DNA from: Cladosporium halotolerans
Lineage: Eukaryota
Length of the DNA stretch: 64,000 nt
Assembly: GCF_011745625.1 (NCBI RefSeq)
Contig: NW_027191509.1
Coordinates: 1-64,000, forward strand
Direction of reading: 5' to 3'
Position numbers and translations under genes: made by a program. Positions 23,093-33,426 of this stretch are shown one piece after another (the first letter of the stretch is position 1; each line of letters begins with the position of its first letter). The notes beneath the pieces were generated by a model. It was given only the letters and a program-made list of their open reading frames with translations. It was not told where the DNA came from and searched no databases.

Positions 23093-23969
23093 TCACTCCT
23101 CCAAACACCTAACATCAAACCCCTCCAAACCCCCCTCGCCCCCAACCCGATCATAAAACGCCCTTTTCCCTTCATCGCTAAGCACCTCGTACGCCCTCGA
23201 GATCGCCGCCCAGCGCGCCGGCGCCGTGGGGTCGTTGGGGAAGTTGCGCGGGGAGTGTTTCAGGGCTAGGCCGGCGAGGGCTCTGTGGGCAGATATTAGA
23301 AGGTGGATAAGGGGAGCAAAAGGGGAAGGCTGGTGGATGGGGTAGAGCGTACGATTTGGCAGCTGCGGGCATGGAGGAGGCGGGCGTGGAGGGCGGGATG
23401 GAGAGGATGCGGTAGAGGAGGGGGTAGGTTTTTGGGTCTGGGTCCGGTTCGGGGGCGAAGGGAGAGTCGCAAGCATCGTCGTTTTCGTTGTCTTCGTTAC
23501 CTTCGGGATCACGGTCGTGGCTTTTCGATGTAGAAGAGAGGGTTGTTTTATGACGCTCTGTGGCGGTGGCGTCCATTGCTGGAGAAGAGGTTGATAGATC
23601 GTTCGATGGCGGATCATTATTATCCTCGCCCAAGACCTTCTTCGACGATGTGAGCAAATCTCTCAGCTCCGCGAGTCTCATCGCGAGGCTGTCACAGACA
23701 GCGAGTCGGGCGTTCAGGGCTTGCAGCAATTCTTGGTCTTGGCTTGTTGGTGTGGTGGATTCCATGTGCTCGATGCGGTGGACGAGGTCGTGGGTAATGT
23801 CTCTGTTCGAGCGATCCATGAGATCGACGGTCTTGCGTGGCGGAGGCTGGCCGGCTTCGATAGCAATGCGGAGCTGGGTGATTCGGGTAGCAAGATCGTT
23901 GGAGGCTGCGAGATCGTTTGCGATGAGGAGTTTCAGGTCGGTCGTTGTTGGTGCGGATGCCATGGACAT
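23093..23969 (-). CDS. Helical N-domain + C-terminal J-like domain protein with non-canonical HSP instead of HPD, ~268 aa; intron 23283-23352
   Basis: Spliced C-terminus LYRILSIPPSTPASSMPAAAKSALAGLALKHSPRNFPNDPTAPARWAAISRAYEVLSDEGKRAFYD matches the J-domain pattern. A phase-2 GTACGC...CTAAT...CAG intron joins ORFs 23178-23993 and 23093-23617. Confidence 0.78.
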
Positions 23970-24207
23970 AATCCTGTGCTCTGGAGGCTGCAAATGCTAT
24001 TGTCACGAAGATAGTGAACAGAGGCCAGAAAAAAGATTCCTCCGCTGAAGAAAGCCATAGTGAAGCGGAGTTTGCATTACACGGATCGATATCTGAGGTT
24101 TCATCATTAGATATCGATATGACCTTCGAAAAGTCATAGACAATGCTGTCCGTAACCAATCAAACGCCCACTGAGACCACTCGTATCACGGCAATCGACG
24201 TCTCGTA

Positions 24208-25116
24208 CTATTCCTTCATTACCAAAGCCTTCAGCCGCGCGCTCAGATCATCAATACCCTTGACATCACCAGTCTCGTCAAACTCATTTCTCGTCTCCTC
24301 CGACTCGAAGACCTGACAAGCTGCCTGCAGATTCGCAAACCTCGAAGCTGCCTCAGGATCGCCGAGATTGCGGTCGGGATGAAGCAGGACAGTGGCCTTC
24401 TTCGCAGCTCTACAATGATATCAGCACGGGCATTTGCTGGGCAATCGGGAGAGCCGTACTTCTTGACGTCGTCCAATGGAGCGTCTGGCTTGACTTTGAT
24501 GACTGCGTATAGATCTTTGGGGTCGAAAGGGACATCGCCGTCGGTTTCGTGGGGCGGTTCTAAGTAATGCTCGCAATCGGGTTGTCCAGCCGTCTCCGTC
24601 CGCTCGTATGATGCAGTCAATGAGGATGCAGCAAGATTTTGGGCCATCGGGGTCTTGATGTCTTTTGAATGCTTTTTGTCTTTGTCGCATTTCGCGCTCC
24701 TCGGTGGTCGGTGGACAACAAGCAGCCGGCGATTTGGAAAGGCCAGCAGCATGCCCAGACTTTTTATTCATATCCGTCGACTTCTTGTGAATCCCAATCT
24801 TCTCAAACAGCTCAGCCTGCAAGAGATTCCTCCTCTCAAGGATGTGATCACCAAGCGAGATCAGCTTGTTGAGCTCCTGCATGATCTCTCGTTCTTCAAC
24901 AGTAGGACTCTCAATCTCCTCGAGCAAGAGCAGCTGACGGTTGCAATCCTTGACGATCGACTTATCCCAGTTGTGTAGCAAGTTCTTGTCGGCGCTGGTG
25001 ATGTCTTCTGGAGATGATCGCTGGATCTCCATGAGTCTTTTGCTCTGGGCGTCGAAGATCTCTTGGTCGCGCTTGAGCATCTCGCGGAGAGTCTCAATGT
25101 TTGGGTTTGTGGCCAT
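24208..25116 (-). pseudogene. Tandem paralogue of the 23093-23969 gene: helical N-domain + J domain with intact HPD, split by a +1 frameshift; intron 24410-24459
   Basis: The N-part (MATNPNIETLREMLKRD...) lies in the frame of ORF 24421-25245. The J part, DLYAVIKVKPDAPLDDVKK|AAKKATVLLHPDRNLGDPEAASRFANLQAACQVFESEETRNEFD, lies in the +1 frame after splicing a phase-2 intron. No good intron links the two frames. Confidence 0.65.
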
Positions 25117-26024
25117 TGTGATGATTTTCTTCAATTGAATCGATTTGGGGAATGTTGGTGGTTGAGTGAGAGAGAAACAGGAATGCTGACATCGGAAATA
25201 ACATGCAAGAGTGGGTTTGTATTTACCATTGCTCTGTGTAGACACCGTGATGCACGAGTCTCATAGTCGTACTTGTCCACCATTGACTACTGACACAAGG
25301 CATAGTGGACACTGACGAGATATTTGCCGTCACAGAGCGATATGAATCCCACATAGTATAGATGTTGGTACGCCGCTCCGAGGTATCACGAGACAAGCCA
25401 GGTCTAGGTGTGATTTCTTACCTTATTACTTGGGTATCTGGCATTTTTCAGTCTCCCGGGGGTATCCAGGTCTAGGAAGTATCAAGTTTCATAGTATTCC
25501 TTGCAACAGAACGAAAGGCTTCTCGGCAGTGTCTTTCGGATCAGAGTTACACGAAACCTGGCGGCTACTGAGACATGCATCGGCCACGTGATTGCATGCG
25601 ACGTAAGAGCACAGCATGAGCAATCAACTTTGTACACCTTGGCGAGCGTCCTGATGCTGCAAGCACATGGAAATGTAGAAATGGTGCCGTCACTTGATTG
25701 TTTTGACATGATGTGCACAGAAAGTATATTTTCAAATGTGGAGATTGAGTTTTGATAGGGAACAAGCTAGAAGGGGGCGCTGTGGCGGTGCAGGGAAGCG
25801 CTGGCCGGCTGCCGTGATCAGCGCGGGCGCACGCTGGGCCGAGCCCTGGGGCAGCCTGAGTGACTATCGCCGAGACAGCCATCGACCACCACCTCCATCG
25901 TCTGCTCTCTTGTTTGAGCGACGGCCGCCAACACCGGACTGCTCCTACGCCCACACCACCCACCACCCTCTCGCCTCCCTTTCCTGAGTCCGCCGACCTC
26001 TTCACTACACCACGGCGACCAGCC

Positions 26025-27176
26025 ATGAGTTCCCAGCGTTACGAGCGTGTACGTCCTCGCCGCCTGCTGCCTCACATGACGCCACCCGTGTCCCTACATC
26101 CTACTGACATCGCATCCTCACAGATTGCCGCACAAGACGCCGACGATGACCACGACACCCACAATGCCATAAACAACTCTCCTACTCCTATCCCCGATTC
26201 GCCACCGCCTTCATTCCGCTCTCGCGCGAGCTCTCGCCGTCCGTCGCAGTCCGACGCCCAGAACCGTAGTGAACAGGAGCGCGACCTTCACGATGCTTTC
26301 GATGCACCCTCAGATGACGACAGCGATGATGAGCAGGGCGCAGATCAGAGGCGCCTGATACACCGCACACCCTCGCGCTCCTCCTCGAGCGGCAGTGAGG
26401 CTTCTGCATCACAACCGCAGCATCCACCCCGACGACCTGAGGAGCCACAGCGCACCGTGACACAAATACCCGTATACATCCCCACACCCGGTGGTCGCGT
26501 CTACGGCGGAGGCAATGCCAGTGACGGCGTCTGGGCAAATCTGAACGCCAAACCGCGCGCAGGAGAAGACGTCGAAGAGAAACCGCCGACCTACGAACAA
26601 GCCGCCGCAGACGCAACACCCCCCTACTGGGAAACCACCGTCCTCTCCCCATTCTCGACCACGGGTGACCCCAATGACGTCTTCGTCGACGGCCTCCTCG
26701 TCGGCTCCTTCTTCTCCTTCATCTGGAATGCCTTGATCTCCATGTCCTTCCAGCTCATCGGCTTCCTCCTCACCTACCTCCTGCACACCACGCACGCCGC
26801 GAAGCACGGCTCCCGCGCCGGCCTTGGTATCACTCTTGTCCAATACGGCTTCCAGATGCGCTACGCTGCCTCTGGCGGCGTCTCCGAGCCCGGCCCGCCC
26901 AACGTGCCCGCAGACGGCGTCCCCGACCACCCGAACTCGCACGACTTCGACCCCAACAACGTCTCGGGCTCTGGCGGCGACGGCCCCAGTACAGCCATCA
27001 CGACCGCCGACTGGCTCTCGTACGTACTCATGATCGTCGGCTGGTTCATTCTCATCCGCGCGGCGTCGGACTTCATGCGGGCAAGGAGGCAGGAAGCGCT
27101 GGTGCGCAGCTCCCCGGACCGGGGGCTGGGTGTCGCTGTTGTGGCGGAGGGCGAGAGTCCGGAGCGCAGCGTTTGA
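26025..27176 (+). CDS. BSD2: Metal homeostasis / Rsp5 adaptor Bsd2 (Ndfip family), ~358 aa; in-frame intron 26049-26123
   Basis: DGVWANLNAKP, PY motifs PPTYEQAAADATPPYWETT, VDGLLVGSFFSFIWN...FQLIGFLLTYLLHTTHAAKHGSRAGLG. Confidence 0.92.
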   Translation: MSSQRYERVRPRRLLPHMTPPVSLHPTDIASSQIAAQDADDDHDTHNAINNSPTPIPDSPPPSFRSRASSRRPSQSDAQNRSEQERDLHDAFDAPSDDDSDDEQGADQRRLIHRTPSRSSSSGSEASASQPQHPPRRPEEPQRTVTQIPVYIPTPGGRVYGGGNASDGVWANLNAKPRAGEDVEEKPPTYEQAAADATPPYWETTVLSPFSTTGDPNDVFVDGLLVGSFFSFIWNALISMSFQLIGFLLTYLLHTTHAAKHGSRAGLGITLVQYGFQMRYAASGGVSEPGPPNVPADGVPDHPNSHDFDPNNVSGSGGDGPSTAITTADWLSYVLMIVGWFILIRAASDFMRARRQEALVRSSPDRGLGVAVVAEGESPERSV

Positions 27177-28039
27177 GCGCTGAGGGCTCTCCTCCTTTGA
27201 TCGTTCTACAGCACGCACGATGACGGCACGAGCATAGTTCGCTTTTTCTGTTTGTTTGTTCCTTTAATCAATCGCAAGATATCTCAGTAACGCTTGGGTT
27301 TTCCTCTGGGAAAGATCGAGCGTGAAGGCAGCGGGCGTACATCGGCTCCGCACACTTTTTCATTTTGTCTGCAAGGGTAGTTTCGGGTTTGGGAAAAGGG
27401 AATCAGGGGATGGGAAACTCGGGCTGGGCTAGCCGCCATCTTCCCTTTTGTATAGCGTTTTGTTGGTACTTCATTGCTGGGAAATGGAAATGGATGGTTT
27501 TCTTGCCCAACCGTCCTTGGATTCGTCATTACTATCTGTTCGTGAAACGCACCTGTCGAAAGGGGTGACCTGTGGTTAGCCCGATAGTGACCAAGCTTCG
27601 TCTTTCGTCACATTGTCGTGCGGAGCCTGAATCAAGCATAACTCATCCGGTCAAGACTCGTATCTGACATGTCTGTTGCCTCTCTCATGATGCTGTATAT
27701 AATTATATACAGGATAGCTTACGAAAATAGACTCAATCTTTCGGAGAAATTCACAACGGACAAGCAACGGACGGGCGGGCGTACCGGTACTGACACAATA
27801 TTGCATTTGCTAGTAATCACACGGGTATCTTCCCAGACCCAACAGACAGTCAAGCCAACCCGATGGGAAACCAAGGGTCTCGATGACTTCGAAAGATACC
27901 GCCTTCACGAACGAGATACGCTCCTCATCACGCCACGCCATGCATATGCCAGACCCTCAACCCCCACCACCCAACACTATCCATTCTCACAAAACAACTT
28001 CCCAATTCACCATTCCTTTGTTGCCACCACCATCTCCAC

Positions 28040-31000
28040 TCAAGCATCGCCAAACAACCCCCCAACATCCTCCAACCCCACTTCCTGCCCCTCCACAACC
28101 CCCGCCCTCTCAACCTCCATATACTGCGCCTGCACCCCACTCCTGCCCCCCTTCTTCCTCCCCCCGCCCGAAACCTCCCTCTCAATCTTCCCCGCCTCGT
28201 AAATACTCACGCCCCTCACCCCCCTCAGCAAATCCAGCACCAGCGCCCTCTGCCCGCGCGAGCTGCTCGCGTCCACAATCCGCCGCACATCCCTGTCGAC
28301 CCTGCCGGTGCTCATGTCTGGCAAGCTAAGGAGGACCTCGCGCGGAGTGTCGGTCAGCGGACAGTAGAGGGACAGGATCTGCGCGATGAGGGACGCGAGG
28401 TCGCGCTGCACGTCGGCGAAGTAAGGTTCGTTGAGCGACGTGATGGCCGCTTTGAGGACGTCGGAGGCGATGTACTCGCGCACGGTGGCGCTGGAGGCGG
28501 AGGTGAAAGTGGGGATGAGGGAGGCGAAGAGCTTGGTGGCTGTCGTGCAGCAGCGGGAGTCGTGGATGCGGAGAGCGTGGGTGCAGAAGAGGATGAGGGG
28601 CTCAAGGATGGTGGGGTCGGAGAGGACGAGGGAGTGGAGGGTTGGGTTTGGCTGGGTTTGGTTCGTGGCGGAGGGGGAGGCGCCGTTGGAGGAGTGGTGG
28701 CGGGAGGTGGGGGGCTTTTCGTGCTCGAAGAGGAAGGCGACGAAGGAGACGGTGGAGTAGGTTAGTTGGCGGAGGACGCTTTCTTTGCGCATTTCTTCCG
28801 AGAGGTTGTCGTCCTCGGCGGTTTGTTGGGAGGATTGGGAGATGGTGGCCCATTCGGTGCTGATTTTGCGGTCGAGCTTGACGAAGAGGCGTGTGAGGGC
28901 AGGTGGGAGGAAGGAGGCGCGGTAGTGGGGTGGACAGCGCTGGACGAGCCCGGTGGTCAGGTTGATGAGGGCGTTGAGGTGGTTTGTGGCGAGGTGCTCG
29001 GCGTCGTCGAAGAGGGCTTGGGCGAGAGGTTCAGCGAGGTCTGTGAGGCCGTAGAATTGCTCTTCGAATCTTGTGCTTAGGTAGAGGATGTGGTAGCCTT
29101 GCTCCCTGACGTTCCTGACAGTGCCGCGGACATTCGAAGCAAAGCCTTCGTACGAGGTTTTGCTGCCGCTGATGCGCGCGTAGAACTCATCTCTTGACTC
29201 GTTCGATATGCCAGACTGCCAAAAGCGATCCTGCAACGTCCGCTTAATTACCGCTTGGATATCCCCTGGCAACTGAGCCCAATTGGCCGTGTTGTTGAAA
29301 GCTTGCGAGTGGCGGATCATCTGCAAGAGAGAAGGCAGTATGGCCGGAATTACAGGACCCCAGAGCGCACATGCGGTGTCATGCTCGTCACTGCCCTCTT
29401 TGAGCTTCTCAGTCGTAGCAGCAAGTAGCGACTTGGTCATTCTCAGGGGCAGACGATCGAGTCTGCTTTTGATCTCGGCCTGTCTTGCCTGACCCGCCTC
29501 GTCGAGCTGCTGCGAGGCCCAATCTTGGACCTCAGAAAAGCGATATTGCTTGTAGAATTGATCTAAATCATCGACGGCCAACGTCTGGCAGAAAGCTTCG
29601 AAACTGCTCACAGACGCGGCCAAATCTGGATCTTGCCAAGCTTCATACACTGGCGTGACCATCTGCTGCAGTCTCGCCTGGCGCATTTCCGCATCGACGC
29701 CTGTCGCGCGGTGGACGATCATGAAAAGGAAAGATCTGTATCCCCATACCGTTCTCTGATCGGCCGCGTGCTTCGTCACCAGGACATTGACTCTGTTCTC
29801 AAGCTCCGGAAACACCTCCAACAGCTCGTTCGCAAAGGTCAGAGCGACCTTTTGCAGCTCGATGACTCTCAGCGCTTCAAAGTTCTTGACCGCGTCCGAG
29901 AAGTTCGTATGCGATGGGTCATCATATAACCTCATTGTGAGCATGTGCTGCACAATGTGCAAGACGAACTCGGAGGCGGGCTTGACGGTGCGGAGGATCG
30001 TCGAGAGCAGCGTCAGCACCTGGGACGCTACCTCTGGGTCATCGACATGTGTGTTGACGATTGCATAGCACCACTGTTGCTGCATGTTGTATGCCGCCGA
30101 GCGGTCCGCGTCTGCGCGTCCTCGCAACGGGTCGTCCTCCGCAATGACGGACGTATCTGACTCCCACCTGGAGAAACCCTTGATGACGCTCACAACAACA
30201 TTGAACTGTGCGTCAAATTGCAGGAGCGGAAGAGAAGATTTCGAGAACTTTGCAGGGTCGAAGCCTCGACCGCCAGTGTAAGGGCCTTCGATCAGTAGTG
30301 TCTTCGTCTGCGTCAGGACGTGCTCGAGCGCTTCGAGCGGACGTTGGCGCGAGATGGTTTCGATTACATTAATGCAGTAGCGGCGGTAGTTGCCCAAGAA
30401 GGCATGACGCTCGGGCATCGTGTCGAAGTCTTCGTATAAGAATTGCAGAATCGGGTCGTCGAGGTCTTCGGGAAGAGCCTCGTAGTTGAGAAGGCGGCTG
30501 CTGCAAGTCTGCAGTAACACGCCGAGTGCTTGCATCACCAGGTCGATGATGGCGGTGTCTTGTACGGCCAGGAGCTTAGTCCAGCTGTGCAGCACGGGAA
30601 TAGACACTATCAAACTCTCGCTTTGCAGGATGCCGGTAAGCAGCCCGAAGAAGGAGTTGACGTCGAGCCCGTTCTGTACTATTTGAGGGTGAGCAGCAAC
30701 AGCATCTGCCAGTATCGAAACAACCTCGCTCATCTTCTTTTGGAGAGTGTACATTTCGTCGTCGTCTCTGAGTTCAGGCCCTGTCCGGCTGTATGCCTGC
30801 TGGAACATTGCCATTCTTTCAGGTAGGAGAGCTGATTGAATGAGGGTGAGCCAAGGCTCATGGAAGTGAGTGTTGTACGGGCGGCTAAGTAGTGCATATT
30901 GCACTTCAACCGCCGCGATCTGCAGGGCCGTATCCGATGTGTGGAATGGCAGATAAAGACAGTCGATGCAATTGATCTCGAGAACAGCCTTCAAGCTGAC

Positions 31001-31813
31001 CCACGCTGTCGTGGGTCTCAGAGCATTCAAGGCCTTTACGGCCGCTCCTTCCATGTTCTTTACCATGGCCTGGTCTCCTCCCATCCTGATGTTCTTGACG
31101 CATTGTCCAAAGAATTCACATACTCTTGCTAGCCAGCCCTCACGGCCTGATCTGACTTCCACGCTCTTCCCTCTGGTCTTGAGGTGTTCCTCGTACAAGC
31201 CCTCGGGGATCATGATCTCGTTCAACGCACTTCCCAGCACTTCCAATCTGAGGCCCGCGCTGGCGTCTTCTCGGTTGCAAATATCCTCAGAGAGCATTTC
31301 CAAAACATAGAGCACGAACACCTTGTTCGCGAAGCCCTTCTCCTCCACCGGCTTCTCCCATAGTGTTACCAATAATTGATCCATGTCCGTCCATTCATCG
31401 CCCCAGCACCGCTTTGCAACCTCCACCCATAGCTGGGCGATCTTGTTCCGAATGTAAAGCTCATCCTGCTGTCTTATGCTGCCCGCCAGACACTTGACCC
31501 AATACCGTAGCTGGTCCGTCTGCTTTGCATCGTATTTCGCCCAGCGGTACTTGACCGCGTACTCGAGTAACTGTAGGCCGTAGTATCTCACGGCGGTGTT
31601 CTGATTGAAATCTTCGGCAAGAGTGAACCCGTACTGAGGCGCATTATGCTCGGTCTTGACCTGCTCGAGAAATTGCAAGGCTTGCTGGCGAATATCGTTG
31701 GAGACGCGGGGGTCGAGAGTCGCGGACAAGGCTTGGGAGATCTGGTCCAGGTATGCGGCGGAGGCAGGGCTCTCGCCGTAGCCATCATTTGCGCCGTCCG
31801 TGCCGCCGTTCAT
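28040..31813 (-). CDS. MSN5: Karyopherin Msn5/exportin-5, ~1257 aa
   Basis: Importin-beta N-terminus (RQQALQFLEQVK...VRYYGLQLLE...IRNKIAQLWVEVAKRCW), VSIPVLHSW, ERHAFLGNYRR and DRFWQSGIS motifs. HEAT-repeat character throughout. Confidence 0.9.
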   Translation of the reverse strand: MNGGTDGANDGYGESPASAAYLDQISQALSATLDPRVSNDIRQQALQFLEQVKTEHNAPQYGFTLAEDFNQNTAVRYYGLQLLEYAVKYRWAKYDAKQTDQLRYWVKCLAGSIRQQDELYIRNKIAQLWVEVAKRCWGDEWTDMDQLLVTLWEKPVEEKGFANKVFVLYVLEMLSEDICNREDASAGLRLEVLGSALNEIMIPEGLYEEHLKTRGKSVEVRSGREGWLARVCEFFGQCVKNIRMGGDQAMVKNMEGAAVKALNALRPTTAWVSLKAVLEINCIDCLYLPFHTSDTALQIAAVEVQYALLSRPYNTHFHEPWLTLIQSALLPERMAMFQQAYSRTGPELRDDDEMYTLQKKMSEVVSILADAVAAHPQIVQNGLDVNSFFGLLTGILQSESLIVSIPVLHSWTKLLAVQDTAIIDLVMQALGVLLQTCSSRLLNYEALPEDLDDPILQFLYEDFDTMPERHAFLGNYRRYCINVIETISRQRPLEALEHVLTQTKTLLIEGPYTGGRGFDPAKFSKSSLPLLQFDAQFNVVVSVIKGFSRWESDTSVIAEDDPLRGRADADRSAAYNMQQQWCYAIVNTHVDDPEVASQVLTLLSTILRTVKPASEFVLHIVQHMLTMRLYDDPSHTNFSDAVKNFEALRVIELQKVALTFANELLEVFPELENRVNVLVTKHAADQRTVWGYRSFLFMIVHRATGVDAEMRQARLQQMVTPVYEAWQDPDLAASVSSFEAFCQTLAVDDLDQFYKQYRFSEVQDWASQQLDEAGQARQAEIKSRLDRLPLRMTKSLLAATTEKLKEGSDEHDTACALWGPVIPAILPSLLQMIRHSQAFNNTANWAQLPGDIQAVIKRTLQDRFWQSGISNESRDEFYARISGSKTSYEGFASNVRGTVRNVREQGYHILYLSTRFEEQFYGLTDLAEPLAQALFDDAEHLATNHLNALINLTTGLVQRCPPHYRASFLPPALTRLFVKLDRKISTEWATISQSSQQTAEDDNLSEEMRKESVLRQLTYSTVSFVAFLFEHEKPPTSRHHSSNGASPSATNQTQPNPTLHSLVLSDPTILEPLILFCTHALRIHDSRCCTTATKLFASLIPTFTSASSATVREYIASDVLKAAITSLNEPYFADVQRDLASLIAQILSLYCPLTDTPREVLLSLPDMSTGRVDRDVRRIVDASSSRGQRALVLDLLRGVRGVSIYEAGKIEREVSGGGRKKGGRSGVQAQYMEVERAGVVEGQEVGLEDVGGLFGDA

Positions 31814-32422
31814 GGTCGAGGTCAAGTTTGTCGGTCCCTCTCAGAAGCGAGTCGGTGTAGGCGGCGCCGTGCACATGGAGGGATCAGGAAGGAATGATTT
31901 GTAGCGGCCGTTGAGAGCTGGGGAAATAGCCATGTGATTGTGGATATCTAATTAGCCATGGGTGGGTGTTGTGCTCAAGTCGAGGAGGTTCAGTCGTGAG
32001 GAAAAGGCATGTGAATGATGCCGCCGTTTCTTATCGATTGCGGTGGGATGTGTTTGTTCCCGTCAACTTATGCCACAGCGCTGGTCATTCACAGACATTC
32101 TGGCACGCGCTTCTGTGGCTTGCCAACGCGAGCAATTTAGCGCGGACCCCCTCCAATGACATCGACCTCATCTCAACTGCCAGGGCAAGGCCATCAACTA
32201 TCTCAGGCGATCTTCACGATTACGTAGGTGGACAAGCTTGCGAGCGTCCAGGGGATGAAACAAAACACAAAGCCATGCATTGCAGAGGCTTAAATGTAAG
32301 AAAGCATGTTCTTCAAATATTATTGTTTTCACATCACAACATACTCCCCCCTTCCCTCTTTCATTAATCTCAACATTTCAGCATCCCAAAGGAATAATAC
32401 CACAGCTCGTCATCTATCAACC

Positions 32423-33226
32423 ATGCCCAAAGCAACCTCCCGCCCTAAACCCACCGCTCGCAAAGATCCCCTATCCAAACCCCCAACCAAAGAGTCCACC
32501 GCCACCAACGACAAAGACGACAAAACCAAGCCCGACGAGCCCAACCCCTCCAAAGACCCCAAAGCCTCCCATCTCTACACCGACGACAACCCTTCCACCA
32601 CCCTGCATGGCACCGGCTTCAAAGACGCTGCCACAGCCCACCACACCCTCTCGCTCATCGCCACCCGCTCCCTAACCTACCAGTTCCAAACCGTCAACAC
32701 CCTCTTCCACCGCGCCCGCAACCACCCCTCCGTCAAGCGCACGCGGTCCAAAACCGCCGAAGACAAGAGCGAATCCGAAGGCCCCGCGGGAATCCTCGCC
32801 GCGATCGACGTCTTCCAGACGTGGCTGGAAACCACGTACCCAGCGAGCAAAGGCGCGCTGCGTGCGGGAGGAGGGTTCAAGCCGTTGTTGAGCAAGAAGT
32901 GCGTGGAGAGGTTCTTGCCGGGGCTCGAGGAGCGGGGCGTGGGGAAGGAAGCGTTGGAGTTCGCGAGGTTGTACGTTTCTCTGCCGCGGAATCGGCGGTT
33001 GGGGAATGTGCTGGTTGACGAGGGGGAGCCTGGGGGGAAGGATTGGGAGGTGATGAGGTATGAGGCGTTGGATGGGCTGGTGGAGGCCGGAAAGGAGGAG
33101 GGTGGGAGTTGGGAGGAGGGGGAGCTTTGGGATGGCGAGGGGGAGTTGAGTGAGGTCCATGCGAGGTTGGTTGCGTGGGGGTGGAGTCCGGTCGGGGAAA
33201 GGAGGTTGGAGCGGGTGAAGGGTTGA
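32423..33226 (+). CDS. Conserved hypothetical protein, 267 aa
   Basis: ATG in ACCATG context. Low-complexity N-terminus, then a globular region with SHLYTDDNPSTTLHGTGFKD...YQFQTVNTLFHRA and a C-terminal HARLVAWGWSP. Confidence 0.8.
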   Translation: MPKATSRPKPTARKDPLSKPPTKESTATNDKDDKTKPDEPNPSKDPKASHLYTDDNPSTTLHGTGFKDAATAHHTLSLIATRSLTYQFQTVNTLFHRARNHPSVKRTRSKTAEDKSESEGPAGILAAIDVFQTWLETTYPASKGALRAGGGFKPLLSKKCVERFLPGLEERGVGKEALEFARLYVSLPRNRRLGNVLVDEGEPGGKDWEVMRYEALDGLVEAGKEEGGSWEEGELWDGEGELSEVHARLVAWGWSPVGERRLERVKG

Positions 33227-33426
33227 AGGAGCTAATCTGCGAAATGCGTCTAGAGCCGATTTCATTTGAGATGATCGTTTGTAAGATGGTTGATAGGACT
33301 GGCTCATTGAGCACTAATACAGGCGCTACCAAGGAGTGAAAGCAAGAAACGATTCCAAATCGTGGTATCAAAGGCAAAGCCCTTCCCCAAACGCCACATA
33401 TGCTGTATGTTCTAGTCGCAACAGCT

